The position numbers were made by a program, and so were the translations under genes. This document shows positions 47,492-55,912 of a stretch of DNA of 64,000 bases, piece by piece. The notes beneath the pieces were generated by a model. That model saw nothing but the letters and a program-made list of their open reading frames with translations, ran no database searches and had not been told where the DNA came from. Position 1 is the stretch's first letter. Each line of letters begins with the position of its first letter. This stretch comes from Dehalococcoidia bacterium (GTDB taxonomy: Bacteria > Chloroflexota > Dehalococcoidia > Lucifugimonadales > Australimonadaceae), in the NCBI GenBank assembly GCA_965248495.1, contig CBDFJL010000003.1:121079-185078 (forward strand), given 5' to 3'.

Positions 47492-48919
47492 ATGGGGCTC
47501 ATAACGGGAACCAAGAAGATCATCGGTGGCTACCCGGGCGGCTGGAAGCAGTACGCACGGGGTTACGGGGGAGATTCGACACCGCCATTTGAACAGCCAA
47601 CGAACCCGGACGACCGCCGAAGCCTGGTCCCCGCGCTCGGCTTGCGCGAGTACTGGTACCCGGCGCTGCCCTCGAAGGACGTCAGCTCGAAGAAGCCAGT
47701 TGGCCTGAAGCTGCTGGGCGAGGACCTCGTCCTCTTCAAGGACAAGAACGGCGAAGTGCAGGCGCTGTGGGACTACTGTCCGCATCGCGGCGTGTACCTG
47801 TCCTTCGGCGCTTGCCACTTCGAAGGCACCATCAGCTGCGCGTACCACGGTGCGACCTTCAACGGTGACGGTGAATGCGTTGAGTTCATCACCGAGGGTC
47901 CCGACTCCAAGATGGTCGGCCGCCTGAAGGCCAAGAAGTTTCCGACCGTGACCAAGAAGGGCATCGTGTTCGTCTGGATGGGCGAAGCCGAGCCCGTCCC
48001 TCCCGAAGAGGACATACCGCCGGAGTTCTTCGAGGGCAAGGAGACCCAGGTCTGGACGACGTTCCGCTACTGGAACTGCAACTGGATGATCGCCCTCGAA
48101 AACACGTCGGACGCCCACAACGCCTTCTGGGTCCACCGCAACGCGATTCGCGTGATGTTCTCGTCGCGCGGCGACATGGGCGGCCGTGCACGCACCCCGC
48201 TCGGCTACCGCAGTGAGGTGGTCAACGGAAAGATGGCGGTGGTCGTCAACAACGCGGAGACGGCCAACTACTACGCCGACCCGGTCACGGGGAAAATCCC
48301 GTACAAGATGTACTACCCGCGGGTAGGCGCTCACTGGCCAAAGAGCAGTTGGCGCCTCTCGTGGGTGTGGGCGTTCAAGCTCGTGGATCGCCTTACCGGC
48401 TCCGGCCGCGGAACGGTGCGCCAGCGCGTCAAGGACCCGCTTATCCCCGACGACTGGCAGGGCGGCAGCATGCGCCTGCCCGGCATGCAGCGGCTCATTC
48501 CGCTCTACACACGCTGGTGCGTGGCGGTCGAGAAGGACCTGACCCGCACGGTGTACACGCGGTTCCGCCGCCACAACACGGTCGTCGGCCGCTTCTTCGC
48601 CTCCCTCAAGTACAACCTGTTCGTCAACTTCCTGAACACCTTCAACTTCTCGGACCAAGACTACGACGCCATGCGCACCACGCGGTGGCAGCACCCCGAG
48701 TATCTGTCGGCTACCGACTCGCACCTCGTCGCCGAACGCCGGCTGATTACCGAGCACGGGCGCGGGAACAAGCGGGTCGTGGATGTGGCCGAGGTCACGA
48801 CCGCGGAAGCGCAGGTCGTGGAAGGACACCAGCAGCTCGGTGTCGAATGGAAGGACGACTACGGCCAAGTGCGCACCAGCGCGAAGCCCGAGACGGCGAC
48901 GACACAACCGGGCGGCTAG
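47492..48919 (+). CDS. Rieske non-heme iron oxygenase R5
   Basis: TAGGAGG RBS; GLREYWYP, CPH-X17-CAYH, TEGPDS, ENTSDAHNAFWVH, FSDQD. Confidence 0.93.
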   Translation: MGLITGTKKIIGGYPGGWKQYARGYGGDSTPPFEQPTNPDDRRSLVPALGLREYWYPALPSKDVSSKKPVGLKLLGEDLVLFKDKNGEVQALWDYCPHRGVYLSFGACHFEGTISCAYHGATFNGDGECVEFITEGPDSKMVGRLKAKKFPTVTKKGIVFVWMGEAEPVPPEEDIPPEFFEGKETQVWTTFRYWNCNWMIALENTSDAHNAFWVHRNAIRVMFSSRGDMGGRARTPLGYRSEVVNGKMAVVVNNAETANYYADPVTGKIPYKMYYPRVGAHWPKSSWRLSWVWAFKLVDRLTGSGRGTVRQRVKDPLIPDDWQGGSMRLPGMQRLIPLYTRWCVAVEKDLTRTVYTRFRRHNTVVGRFFASLKYNLFVNFLNTFNFSDQDYDAMRTTRWQHPEYLSATDSHLVAERRLITEHGRGNKRVVDVAEVTTAEAQVVEGHQQLGVEWKDDYGQVRTSAKPETATTQPGG

Positions 48920-48940
48920 TTCGGACGTAGGAGTAACCGC

Positions 48941-50332
48941 ATGGGCCTCATTTCTGGAACAAAGAAGATCATCGGCGGCTACCCGGGGGGCTGGAAGCAG
49001 CACGCCAGGGGCTACCGGGGTGAGGCGACGCCACCGTTCGAGCAGCCAGTAAACCCGGACGACCGCCGGACACAGATTCCCGCGCTCGGATACCAGGAGT
49101 ACTGGTACCCGGTGGTCCCCGCCAAGGACATCGGGAAGAAAAAGCCCGTTGGCCTAAAGATGCTGGGCGAGGACCTGGTCTTCTTCAAGGACAAGAACGG
49201 CGAAGTGCAGGCGCTGTGGGACTACTGTCCGCATCGCGGCGTGTACCTGTCCTTTGGCGAGTGCCACTTCGAGGGCTTTATCAGCTGCGCGTACCACGGC
49301 GCGACCTTCGACGGCGATGGGGAGTGCGTGGAGTTCATCACTGAGGGCCCTGACTCCAAGATGGTCGGCCGGCTGAAGGCCAAGAAGTTCCCGACCGCCA
49401 CCCTGAAGGGCATGGTGTTCGTCTGGATGGGCGAAGGCGCGCCGGTCCCCATCGAGGAGGACGTCCCACCCGAGCTCTTCGAGGACAACGAGATGGTGTT
49501 CCTGAGCACCATTCGCTACTGGCACTGCAATTGGATGATCGCGCTGGAGAACCAGAGCGACGCCCACAACTGCTTCTGGGTCCACCGCGACTCCATCATC
49601 CAGCTGCGCAGCCGCACCGGCGGGCGCCCGCGGACGCCGATGGGCTACCACAGCACCAACGTCAAGAACGTGGCCGTCGTCGCGTCGCGAGGCGTGGAGC
49701 AGTACTACAAGGGCGAGGACGGCAAGGTCCCGTACCAGATGTACTACCCCCGTATCAACGCGAAGTGGCCGAAGCACCAATTCCGCCTGATGTGGACGTG
49801 GTTCTTCGAGATATTCGACCGATTCAATTCGAAGCGACGCCCGTTCGACACGCCCGAGGAGTGGCAGGGGATGCACCTGCCCGGCATGCACAGGCTCCGC
49901 TTCGGTGGGCCCAGCGTCATGTACACGCGCTGGTGCGTGCCGGTCGAAAAGGACCTGAGCCGGGTGGTCTACTTCCGGTCCTACCGCATTAAGACCAAGC
50001 TCGGCCGACTGTGGGAGAGGGTCACGTTCAAGCTGTACCGGAACTACCTGTTCCACTACAACTTCTCGGACCAGGACTACGACGCGATGCGGACCACGCG
50101 CTACCAGCACCCCGAGTACCTCTCGGCAACCGACTCACACGTCGTCGGCCAGCGCAAACTCATGGTCGAGCACGCGCGGGGCGGCGAGAAGTACCGCGCG
50201 GCCGGGATCAACGGCACGACGACCGCCGAGCAGATGGTCGAAGACCTCAACAAGGATCTCGCCGGGGACAACCCGAGGATCGCGACCGTCACGACCGATC
50301 AAATGGCCGGCAGCTCACCAAGCGCCGGCTGA
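48941..50332 (+). CDS. Rieske non-heme iron oxygenase R6 (tandem paralog of R5)
   Basis: GYQEYWYP, CPH-X17-CAYH, ENQSDAHNCFWVH, FSDQD. Confidence 0.93.
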   Translation: MGLISGTKKIIGGYPGGWKQHARGYRGEATPPFEQPVNPDDRRTQIPALGYQEYWYPVVPAKDIGKKKPVGLKMLGEDLVFFKDKNGEVQALWDYCPHRGVYLSFGECHFEGFISCAYHGATFDGDGECVEFITEGPDSKMVGRLKAKKFPTATLKGMVFVWMGEGAPVPIEEDVPPELFEDNEMVFLSTIRYWHCNWMIALENQSDAHNCFWVHRDSIIQLRSRTGGRPRTPMGYHSTNVKNVAVVASRGVEQYYKGEDGKVPYQMYYPRINAKWPKHQFRLMWTWFFEIFDRFNSKRRPFDTPEEWQGMHLPGMHRLRFGGPSVMYTRWCVPVEKDLSRVVYFRSYRIKTKLGRLWERVTFKLYRNYLFHYNFSDQDYDAMRTTRYQHPEYLSATDSHVVGQRKLMVEHARGGEKYRAAGINGTTTAEQMVEDLNKDLAGDNPRIATVTTDQMAGSSPSAG

Positions 50333-50383
50333 CGCCAATCATCTAGGCAGCTAGGCACACTCGTTCTGAGGGGAGAAGCGAAG

Positions 50384-51604
50384 ATGAGATTTCGAACGTT
50401 ATTGGTACTTGCCCTAATTGGGCTCGTCGGTGCGCTGGTAGCAGCGTGTGGCGGCGAGGACCCGACACCAACGTCGCCCCCAGCGGCGGCGGCGACAGCA
50501 ACGCCGACCACGGCGGCACCGTCCGGCGGGAGCGTCGTGACCGGGGCGCCGCAGCCGACCGCGGCGCCGAGCGCGATCAATGTCCTGATCGACGAGGCGC
50601 GGGCCACTGACGACAAGCAGGTCGTCGGTTGGTACGACGGCACAGACCCCGACACGATCCGCCTCTGGGAGAGCGCCTTCGAGGCGGAGTATGGGATCAA
50701 GATCACGGTCGCCAGCATCCCAGGCCACGGCGCGCGTGACGCCCCTATTCAGGCGCTACAGGCATTCAAGGCCGGCAAGGGTATCGCCGACGACCAGGGC
50801 GGCAACGCGGACATCCTGCTCGACATGCTCGACGAGGGGGCCCTGCGCCAGCCGAACTGGGATGCGCTCTATGGGGTCAACCCGTTGATCCGCGACTACC
50901 GAGAGGCGCTCATCCTGGAGACCGCAGCGGGTGAGCCCATGTCGGACTGGTGCATGGTCAGCAGCTTCTATGTGTGGCCGTTCGCCTATAACTCGAACAA
51001 CGTCACCGCGGCGGAGCTGGACGGCATCACCTTCGACGACCTGGCATTCGACCCCATCTGGAAGGACCGCGTGATCACGGACGCCCGCTTCCTGGGCGTG
51101 TACGCATTCCCCATGGCGCCAGGATGGGACGACGACCGCCAGCTCGCCTGGGTGAGGGGGCTGAAGGCGAACGGCGCGAAGGCCGTCTCCGGTGGCAGCA
51201 CCGGTGTCATCCAAGCGCTGCTCTCCGGCGAGGGTGACATCGCCATCGCTTCTTCGGGCACCGCCTTGCGCGAGAAGAAAAAGGGAGCACCGGTGGACTG
51301 GTGGGCGCCTGCCGACGGCTGGGTGCCGGGCGGCATCGGTTTGACGTGCTTCCCGACCCTGACCACGACCAGCCACGCGTTGGCCGACCTCTGGAGCGCC
51401 TGGCAGGCGACAACGGGGGCCCTATTGCAGGCTGAGTCCACGGGCAGCTTCATCACCGCGCCGGGTGTGGTCAACGAGTTCACCACCAAACTCTCGGAGC
51501 TTGGGATGGACCTTCCCGCCAACCTGGTCTACGCGTGGAAGCCTGAAGATGTGGCCAATCTCGGACGGTGGCGGCAGCAGGCGATCGACGCGTTCACTGA
51601 GTAA
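50384..51604 (+). CDS. ABC transporter substrate-binding lipoprotein
   Basis: Lipobox VAAC, PTPT linker, AYNSNNV, DPIWKDRV, SGEGDI. Confidence 0.88.
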   Translation: MRFRTLLVLALIGLVGALVAACGGEDPTPTSPPAAAATATPTTAAPSGGSVVTGAPQPTAAPSAINVLIDEARATDDKQVVGWYDGTDPDTIRLWESAFEAEYGIKITVASIPGHGARDAPIQALQAFKAGKGIADDQGGNADILLDMLDEGALRQPNWDALYGVNPLIRDYREALILETAAGEPMSDWCMVSSFYVWPFAYNSNNVTAAELDGITFDDLAFDPIWKDRVITDARFLGVYAFPMAPGWDDDRQLAWVRGLKANGAKAVSGGSTGVIQALLSGEGDIAIASSGTALREKKKGAPVDWWAPADGWVPGGIGLTCFPTLTTTSHALADLWSAWQATTGALLQAESTGSFITAPGVVNEFTTKLSELGMDLPANLVYAWKPEDVANLGRWRQQAIDAFTE

Positions 51605-51625
51605 CGCTCGGACCTAGCAACTCAA

Positions 51626-51660
51626 GGGGTGGGCCAGCCGGCCGTCGGCTGGCCCACCCC
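51626..51660 (+). promoter_or_regulatory. Intercistronic hairpin between SBP and permease genes
   Basis: ggggtgggccagccg-gccgt-cggctggcccacccc (15-bp perfect stem). Confidence 0.75.
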
Positions 51661-51679
51661 GATTCAGAAAGGGCCGACC

Positions 51680-53437
51680 ATGGCAGTAGGAACGCCGGCA
51701 CTGACGCGCTGGGCCCGGACAATCCGGCCAAGGCAGATCGATCAGCGAACGATCATCGCATGGGTAGCGATGCTCATCGTGGCCTTCCTGGTGCTCGTGC
51801 CGTTGATCGTCATGATCGCGGCGACCTTCCGTCCCACGGGCGTTTTCCCGTTGGAGGGCGGTGAGTTCACGCTCAGCAACTACACCGAGTTTCTGTCAGG
51901 GCAGCGAGGTGTCTGGAAGATCTTCCAGAACACCTTCATCTACGCCGGTGGGACCATGGCACTCGCCGTGCCGATGGCCTTCGGCATGGCCTTCCTGACC
52001 GAACGGACGGACGTGCCGTTCCGCTCCATTCTGTACACGCTGATGTTCGTCCCCTTCGTGACGCCGGTGTTCGCAACGGCCCTCGGCTGGGTGCTCCTGG
52101 CCGGTCCGCGGGCCGGTGCCGTGAACGAGTACATTCGCCTCATCCTTGGCCTGGACTCACGAAACGGACCGTTCAACATCTACACGATGCAGGGCATGAT
52201 CTTCGTGACCGCCCTCGGCATCGTGCCGTCCATGTGGCTGCTCCTCGTCAGCGTCCTGCGCAACATGGACCCAACCCTGGAGGAGGCAGCGTCGACCTCC
52301 GGAGTGAACCGCTGGGGTGTCATGCGCAAGGTGACCATGCCCCTGATGCTTCCGGGCATCCTGGCCGTGGTCATCTACTTCTCCATCGCGGTGATCGAGT
52401 CGTTCGAGATCCCGTTGGCCCTCGGTATAACCGCGGGCGTGCAGGTGCTGAGCACCAAGATCTTCCTGATCATCACCTCGGTGGACGAGGGCCGCTTCGC
52501 CTACGGGTCCGCCGCCGTCTTCGGCCTGGTCGGCGTGATCATCGGCGTGATCGGCATATCGATGTACCTGTGGCTGGTACGGCGGAGCAGCCGCTACACG
52601 GTCATTACCGGCAAGGGATATCGGCCGAGAAAGATCAAGCTGGGGCGCTGGAAGTATGTCGCGTTGGGCCTGGTTGGCCTCTACATGTTCATCAAGGTCA
52701 TCATGCCCTTCTCGATGATCATCTACGCGAGCTTCCTGAAGTTCTACGTGCCCCCGCTGCCGGAGAATTTCGGAGTGATACCGTGGACGCTGGAGAACTA
52801 CCGCAACCTGTGGGACTACCGGTTCTTCGGGCGGATGGTGGTCAATACAGCCATCGTCGTGTTCGCCGCGGCGAGCATCACGATGCTGCTGGTCACCGTG
52901 GTGGCCTGGGCGGCGGTGAGGCTCAAGACGCCGGTTGCCCACACGGCCAACGTGCTGACGTTCATGCCCCTTGCCATTCCGGGCGTGATCATGACGCTGG
53001 CATTCTTCCTGCTGTTCATCGGCACGCCGCTGTTTGGCACGCTGGCCCTCATCGTGCTGGCGTTCACGGCGCGCTACCTCGCCTACTCGACGCGGCTGAT
53101 GTACTCGGCGCAGGTCCAGGTCCACAAGGAGCTCGAAGAGGCCAGCCTCGTCAGCGGTGTTGGTCATGCGGCAACCCTGGTGTTCATCAACCTGCGGCTA
53201 CTTCTGCCGGCGTTCATAAACGGCTGGCTGTGGATCGTCACGCACGCGGCGAAGGACTTCACGACGCCGCTGCTCCTGGCCACGTCCGGCACCATCCTGG
53301 TCGCCAACGTTATCTTCAGCCGATTCGAGGGGGGCAGGTTCACCGAGTCGGCCGCCGTCATGGTGGTCCTGGTCATCATGCTGCTGTCGGTGGTATTCGC
53401 AGGCCGCCGCTGGATCGGCGGCGAGGTGAAGCAATAG
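51680..53437 (+). CDS. ABC transporter permease (AfuB/FbpB-like)
   Basis: FLTERTDVP, NMDPTLEEAA, YTVITGKGYRPR, ELEEASLVSG. Confidence 0.93.
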   Translation: MAVGTPALTRWARTIRPRQIDQRTIIAWVAMLIVAFLVLVPLIVMIAATFRPTGVFPLEGGEFTLSNYTEFLSGQRGVWKIFQNTFIYAGGTMALAVPMAFGMAFLTERTDVPFRSILYTLMFVPFVTPVFATALGWVLLAGPRAGAVNEYIRLILGLDSRNGPFNIYTMQGMIFVTALGIVPSMWLLLVSVLRNMDPTLEEAASTSGVNRWGVMRKVTMPLMLPGILAVVIYFSIAVIESFEIPLALGITAGVQVLSTKIFLIITSVDEGRFAYGSAAVFGLVGVIIGVIGISMYLWLVRRSSRYTVITGKGYRPRKIKLGRWKYVALGLVGLYMFIKVIMPFSMIIYASFLKFYVPPLPENFGVIPWTLENYRNLWDYRFFGRMVVNTAIVVFAAASITMLLVTVVAWAAVRLKTPVAHTANVLTFMPLAIPGVIMTLAFFLLFIGTPLFGTLALIVLAFTARYLAYSTRLMYSAQVQVHKELEEASLVSGVGHAATLVFINLRLLLPAFINGWLWIVTHAAKDFTTPLLLATSGTILVANVIFSRFEGGRFTESAAVMVVLVIMLLSVVFAGRRWIGGEVKQ

Positions 53438-53450
53438 GAGTGGAGTCGCC

Positions 53451-54587
53451 ATGCTGACGGTCGAAAACCTGGAGATGGAGTACGCGAGCGACCAGGGGCC
53501 GGTTCGGGCCGTCCGGGGCGTCAGCTTTACGGTCGACCGAGGCAATTTCTACACGCTGCTGGGCCCATCCGGGTGCGGCAAGACGTCGACGCTGCGCTGC
53601 ATCGCCGGCCTCGAGACGCCAACCAGCGGCGTCATTACCATCGGCGACGATGTCGTCTACGACTCCCAACGGCGAATCCTCGTCCCAACGCACCGACGCG
53701 CCGTCGGCATGGTGTTCCAGTCCTACGCCATCTGGCCCCACATGACGGTGTACGACAACATTGCCTTCCCCCTGACCCGGGGCCGCAACAAGGTGGGCCG
53801 GAGCGAGGTCCGAGCCATGGTGGACAAGGCGCTCGACGTGGTGCAGCTGAGCCATCTCGCCAGGCGGCCCGCGCCGGCGCTGAGCGGCGGGCAGCAGCAG
53901 CGCGTGGCGCTCGCGCGCGCCATCGTCTACGAGCCTGACCTGTTGCTCTTGGACGAGCCCCTGAGCAACCTCGATGCCAAGCTGCGCGAGGAGATGCGGC
54001 AGGAGCTCAAGGAGATGGTGGCGCGGCTCGACATAACGACGCTATACGTCACGCACGACCAGATCGAAGCACTGGCGATGTCGGACGAGCTCGCGGTCAT
54101 GTACGAAGGCGAGATCGTCCAGGAGGGCTCACCGGAGGATGTCTACCTGCACCCGACGTCGGCGTTCACCGCCAACTTCGTGGGCAAGACAAACCTGCTC
54201 GACGGCACGGTGGGGCACAGCAATGGAACCGTCACAACCGCGCACGGGCCTATCAAGGCGAGCCTGCCGGACTGGGCTTCCCCGGATACGGACGTCGTTT
54301 TGGCGTTCCGCCCGGAGGCGGTCACCGTGACCGCCTTCGACGGTTCAGCAGGAGAAAACGTCATCCACGGCAAGGTGATCAGCACGAGTTTCGTGGGGGA
54401 GGTGCTGGAGTACGTCATCGGGGCGAAGGACAGCAACTTCAAGGTCAAGGGCGACCCCTTCGCGGCTTTCCACGTTGACGACGAAGTCGCCCTGTTCCTA
54501 CCCGAGGACCGCGTGCTCATCATGCCGAGCGACGAAGCCACTCGTGCGGAGCTGGAGGCCGCGCGACTGGCCACCATGGCTACGTAG
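53451..54587 (+). CDS. ABC transporter ATP-binding protein (PotA/FbpC-like, TOBE)
   Basis: GPSGCGKT, LSGGQQQR, LLLDEPLSNLD, VTHDQ. Confidence 0.96.
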   Translation: MLTVENLEMEYASDQGPVRAVRGVSFTVDRGNFYTLLGPSGCGKTSTLRCIAGLETPTSGVITIGDDVVYDSQRRILVPTHRRAVGMVFQSYAIWPHMTVYDNIAFPLTRGRNKVGRSEVRAMVDKALDVVQLSHLARRPAPALSGGQQQRVALARAIVYEPDLLLLDEPLSNLDAKLREEMRQELKEMVARLDITTLYVTHDQIEALAMSDELAVMYEGEIVQEGSPEDVYLHPTSAFTANFVGKTNLLDGTVGHSNGTVTTAHGPIKASLPDWASPDTDVVLAFRPEAVTVTAFDGSAGENVIHGKVISTSFVGEVLEYVIGAKDSNFKVKGDPFAAFHVDDEVALFLPEDRVLIMPSDEATRAELEAARLATMAT

Positions 54588-54750
54588 GCCTCGTATTTAC
54601 TAACACCCAACCCAACCCCGCGACCCGCTAGCGGTTGCGGAGTATCCCACGATCGTCGCGGCGGCCCCCTTGCTCCCCTCGGGGGTCGTCGCTCATTGGA
54701 AGGGTACAGAAGGGTCCGAAGAGCGAGAGCAGTCGAACGAGGAGGATGAA

Positions 54751-55611
54751 ATGGCTACGACGACGCAACTCACCGAGGCGAGTACCAGCCAGTACGCCCA
54801 GACCGGTGCCATCGCGAACAACATTCGCGTGCACTACAACGAGGCCGGCACCGGCGAGCCGGTGATCTTCCTCCACGGTAGCGGCCCTGGCGCCAGCTCG
54901 TGGAGCAACTTCGCACGGAACGTGGGACCGTTTTCGGACAGGTACCGAGCGCTACTCATGGACCAGCCCGGCTACAACAAGACGGACACCGTCGTCATCG
55001 GGCCGAACGAGACACGCTCGCAGGTCAATGGCAACGCGGTGGTCGGCCTGATGGACGCGCTCGGTCTGGAGAAGGCGACCTTCGTCGGCAACTCCATGGG
55101 CGGGGCGACAGCACTGAACGTCGCGGTCGACTTCCCCGACCGAGTCAGCAAGCTCGTCCTCATGGGGTCGGGCTCGGGAGGCGGGGCCAACATCTTCTCG
55201 CAGCAGCCGACCGAAGGGATCAAGGTACTCAACGAGGTCTTCGACGACCCGTCGGTGGCCGGGTTCCGAAAGCTGATCAATATCATGCTGTACGACGGCT
55301 CGCAGGTGCCCGATGAGGTCCTCGAGCAGCGCTACCAGGCCACCGTCGGCAACATGGCCCACGTGGAGGCCCGCGCCAAGTCCAGCACCGCGCAGCGAGA
55401 CCTGAGCGCGGTGCTGCCCGAAATTACAGCGCCCACGCTGATCATCCACGGGTTCAACGACCGCGTCGTTCCGTTTGAGAACAGCCTGAAGCTCCTCGCG
55501 TCCATCCCAACGTCACGGCTGTTGGTGTTTCAGCACTGCGGGCACTGGGCACAGTTCGAGCACGCGGCGGAGTTCAACCGGCTGGTCCTCGATTTCCTGG
55601 ACAACAACTAG
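54751..55611 (+). CDS. Meta-cleavage product hydrolase (BphD/MhpC/HsaD/CarC family)
   Basis: LHGSGPGASSWSNF..N, GNSMGG, HGFNDRVVP, CGHWAQFEH. GAGGAGG RBS. Confidence 0.93.
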   Translation: MATTTQLTEASTSQYAQTGAIANNIRVHYNEAGTGEPVIFLHGSGPGASSWSNFARNVGPFSDRYRALLMDQPGYNKTDTVVIGPNETRSQVNGNAVVGLMDALGLEKATFVGNSMGGATALNVAVDFPDRVSKLVLMGSGSGGGANIFSQQPTEGIKVLNEVFDDPSVAGFRKLINIMLYDGSQVPDEVLEQRYQATVGNMAHVEARAKSSTAQRDLSAVLPEITAPTLIIHGFNDRVVPFENSLKLLASIPTSRLLVFQHCGHWAQFEHAAEFNRLVLDFLDNN

Positions 55612-55912
55612 GTACACGCCAGGAGTGCTGGACTTCAGCGAGACCTACATCTTCAATTCGTCCAAATGCTCGCTGGTGGCCAAGGCTCCGGAGGCCGTCT
55701 CGGCGGGGTAGGCGCGCAGGGGGCCTTCATGGAGGCTCGCAGTCTGCCAGGCGGTGCGCCGCAGGGCTGCTGAGGAATTCGTCGCGTTTACGGGCGAGGG
55801 CCCGGCGAGGGTGAGGACGGGCGAGCTCCCGCTATCGTCGACGAAGAGCGGGGTGGCACGAATCCGTGCCACCCCGCTGCTCATGAGACCGACAGTTCGC
55901 GAACGTGCTGAC

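Noticed and set aside
47480-49003. Long antisense or alternate-frame ORFs (also 3755..5221, 42750..43985, 52234..53457 and others)
   Set aside because: Expected in high-GC DNA. They overlap well-supported genes and have no family motifs.
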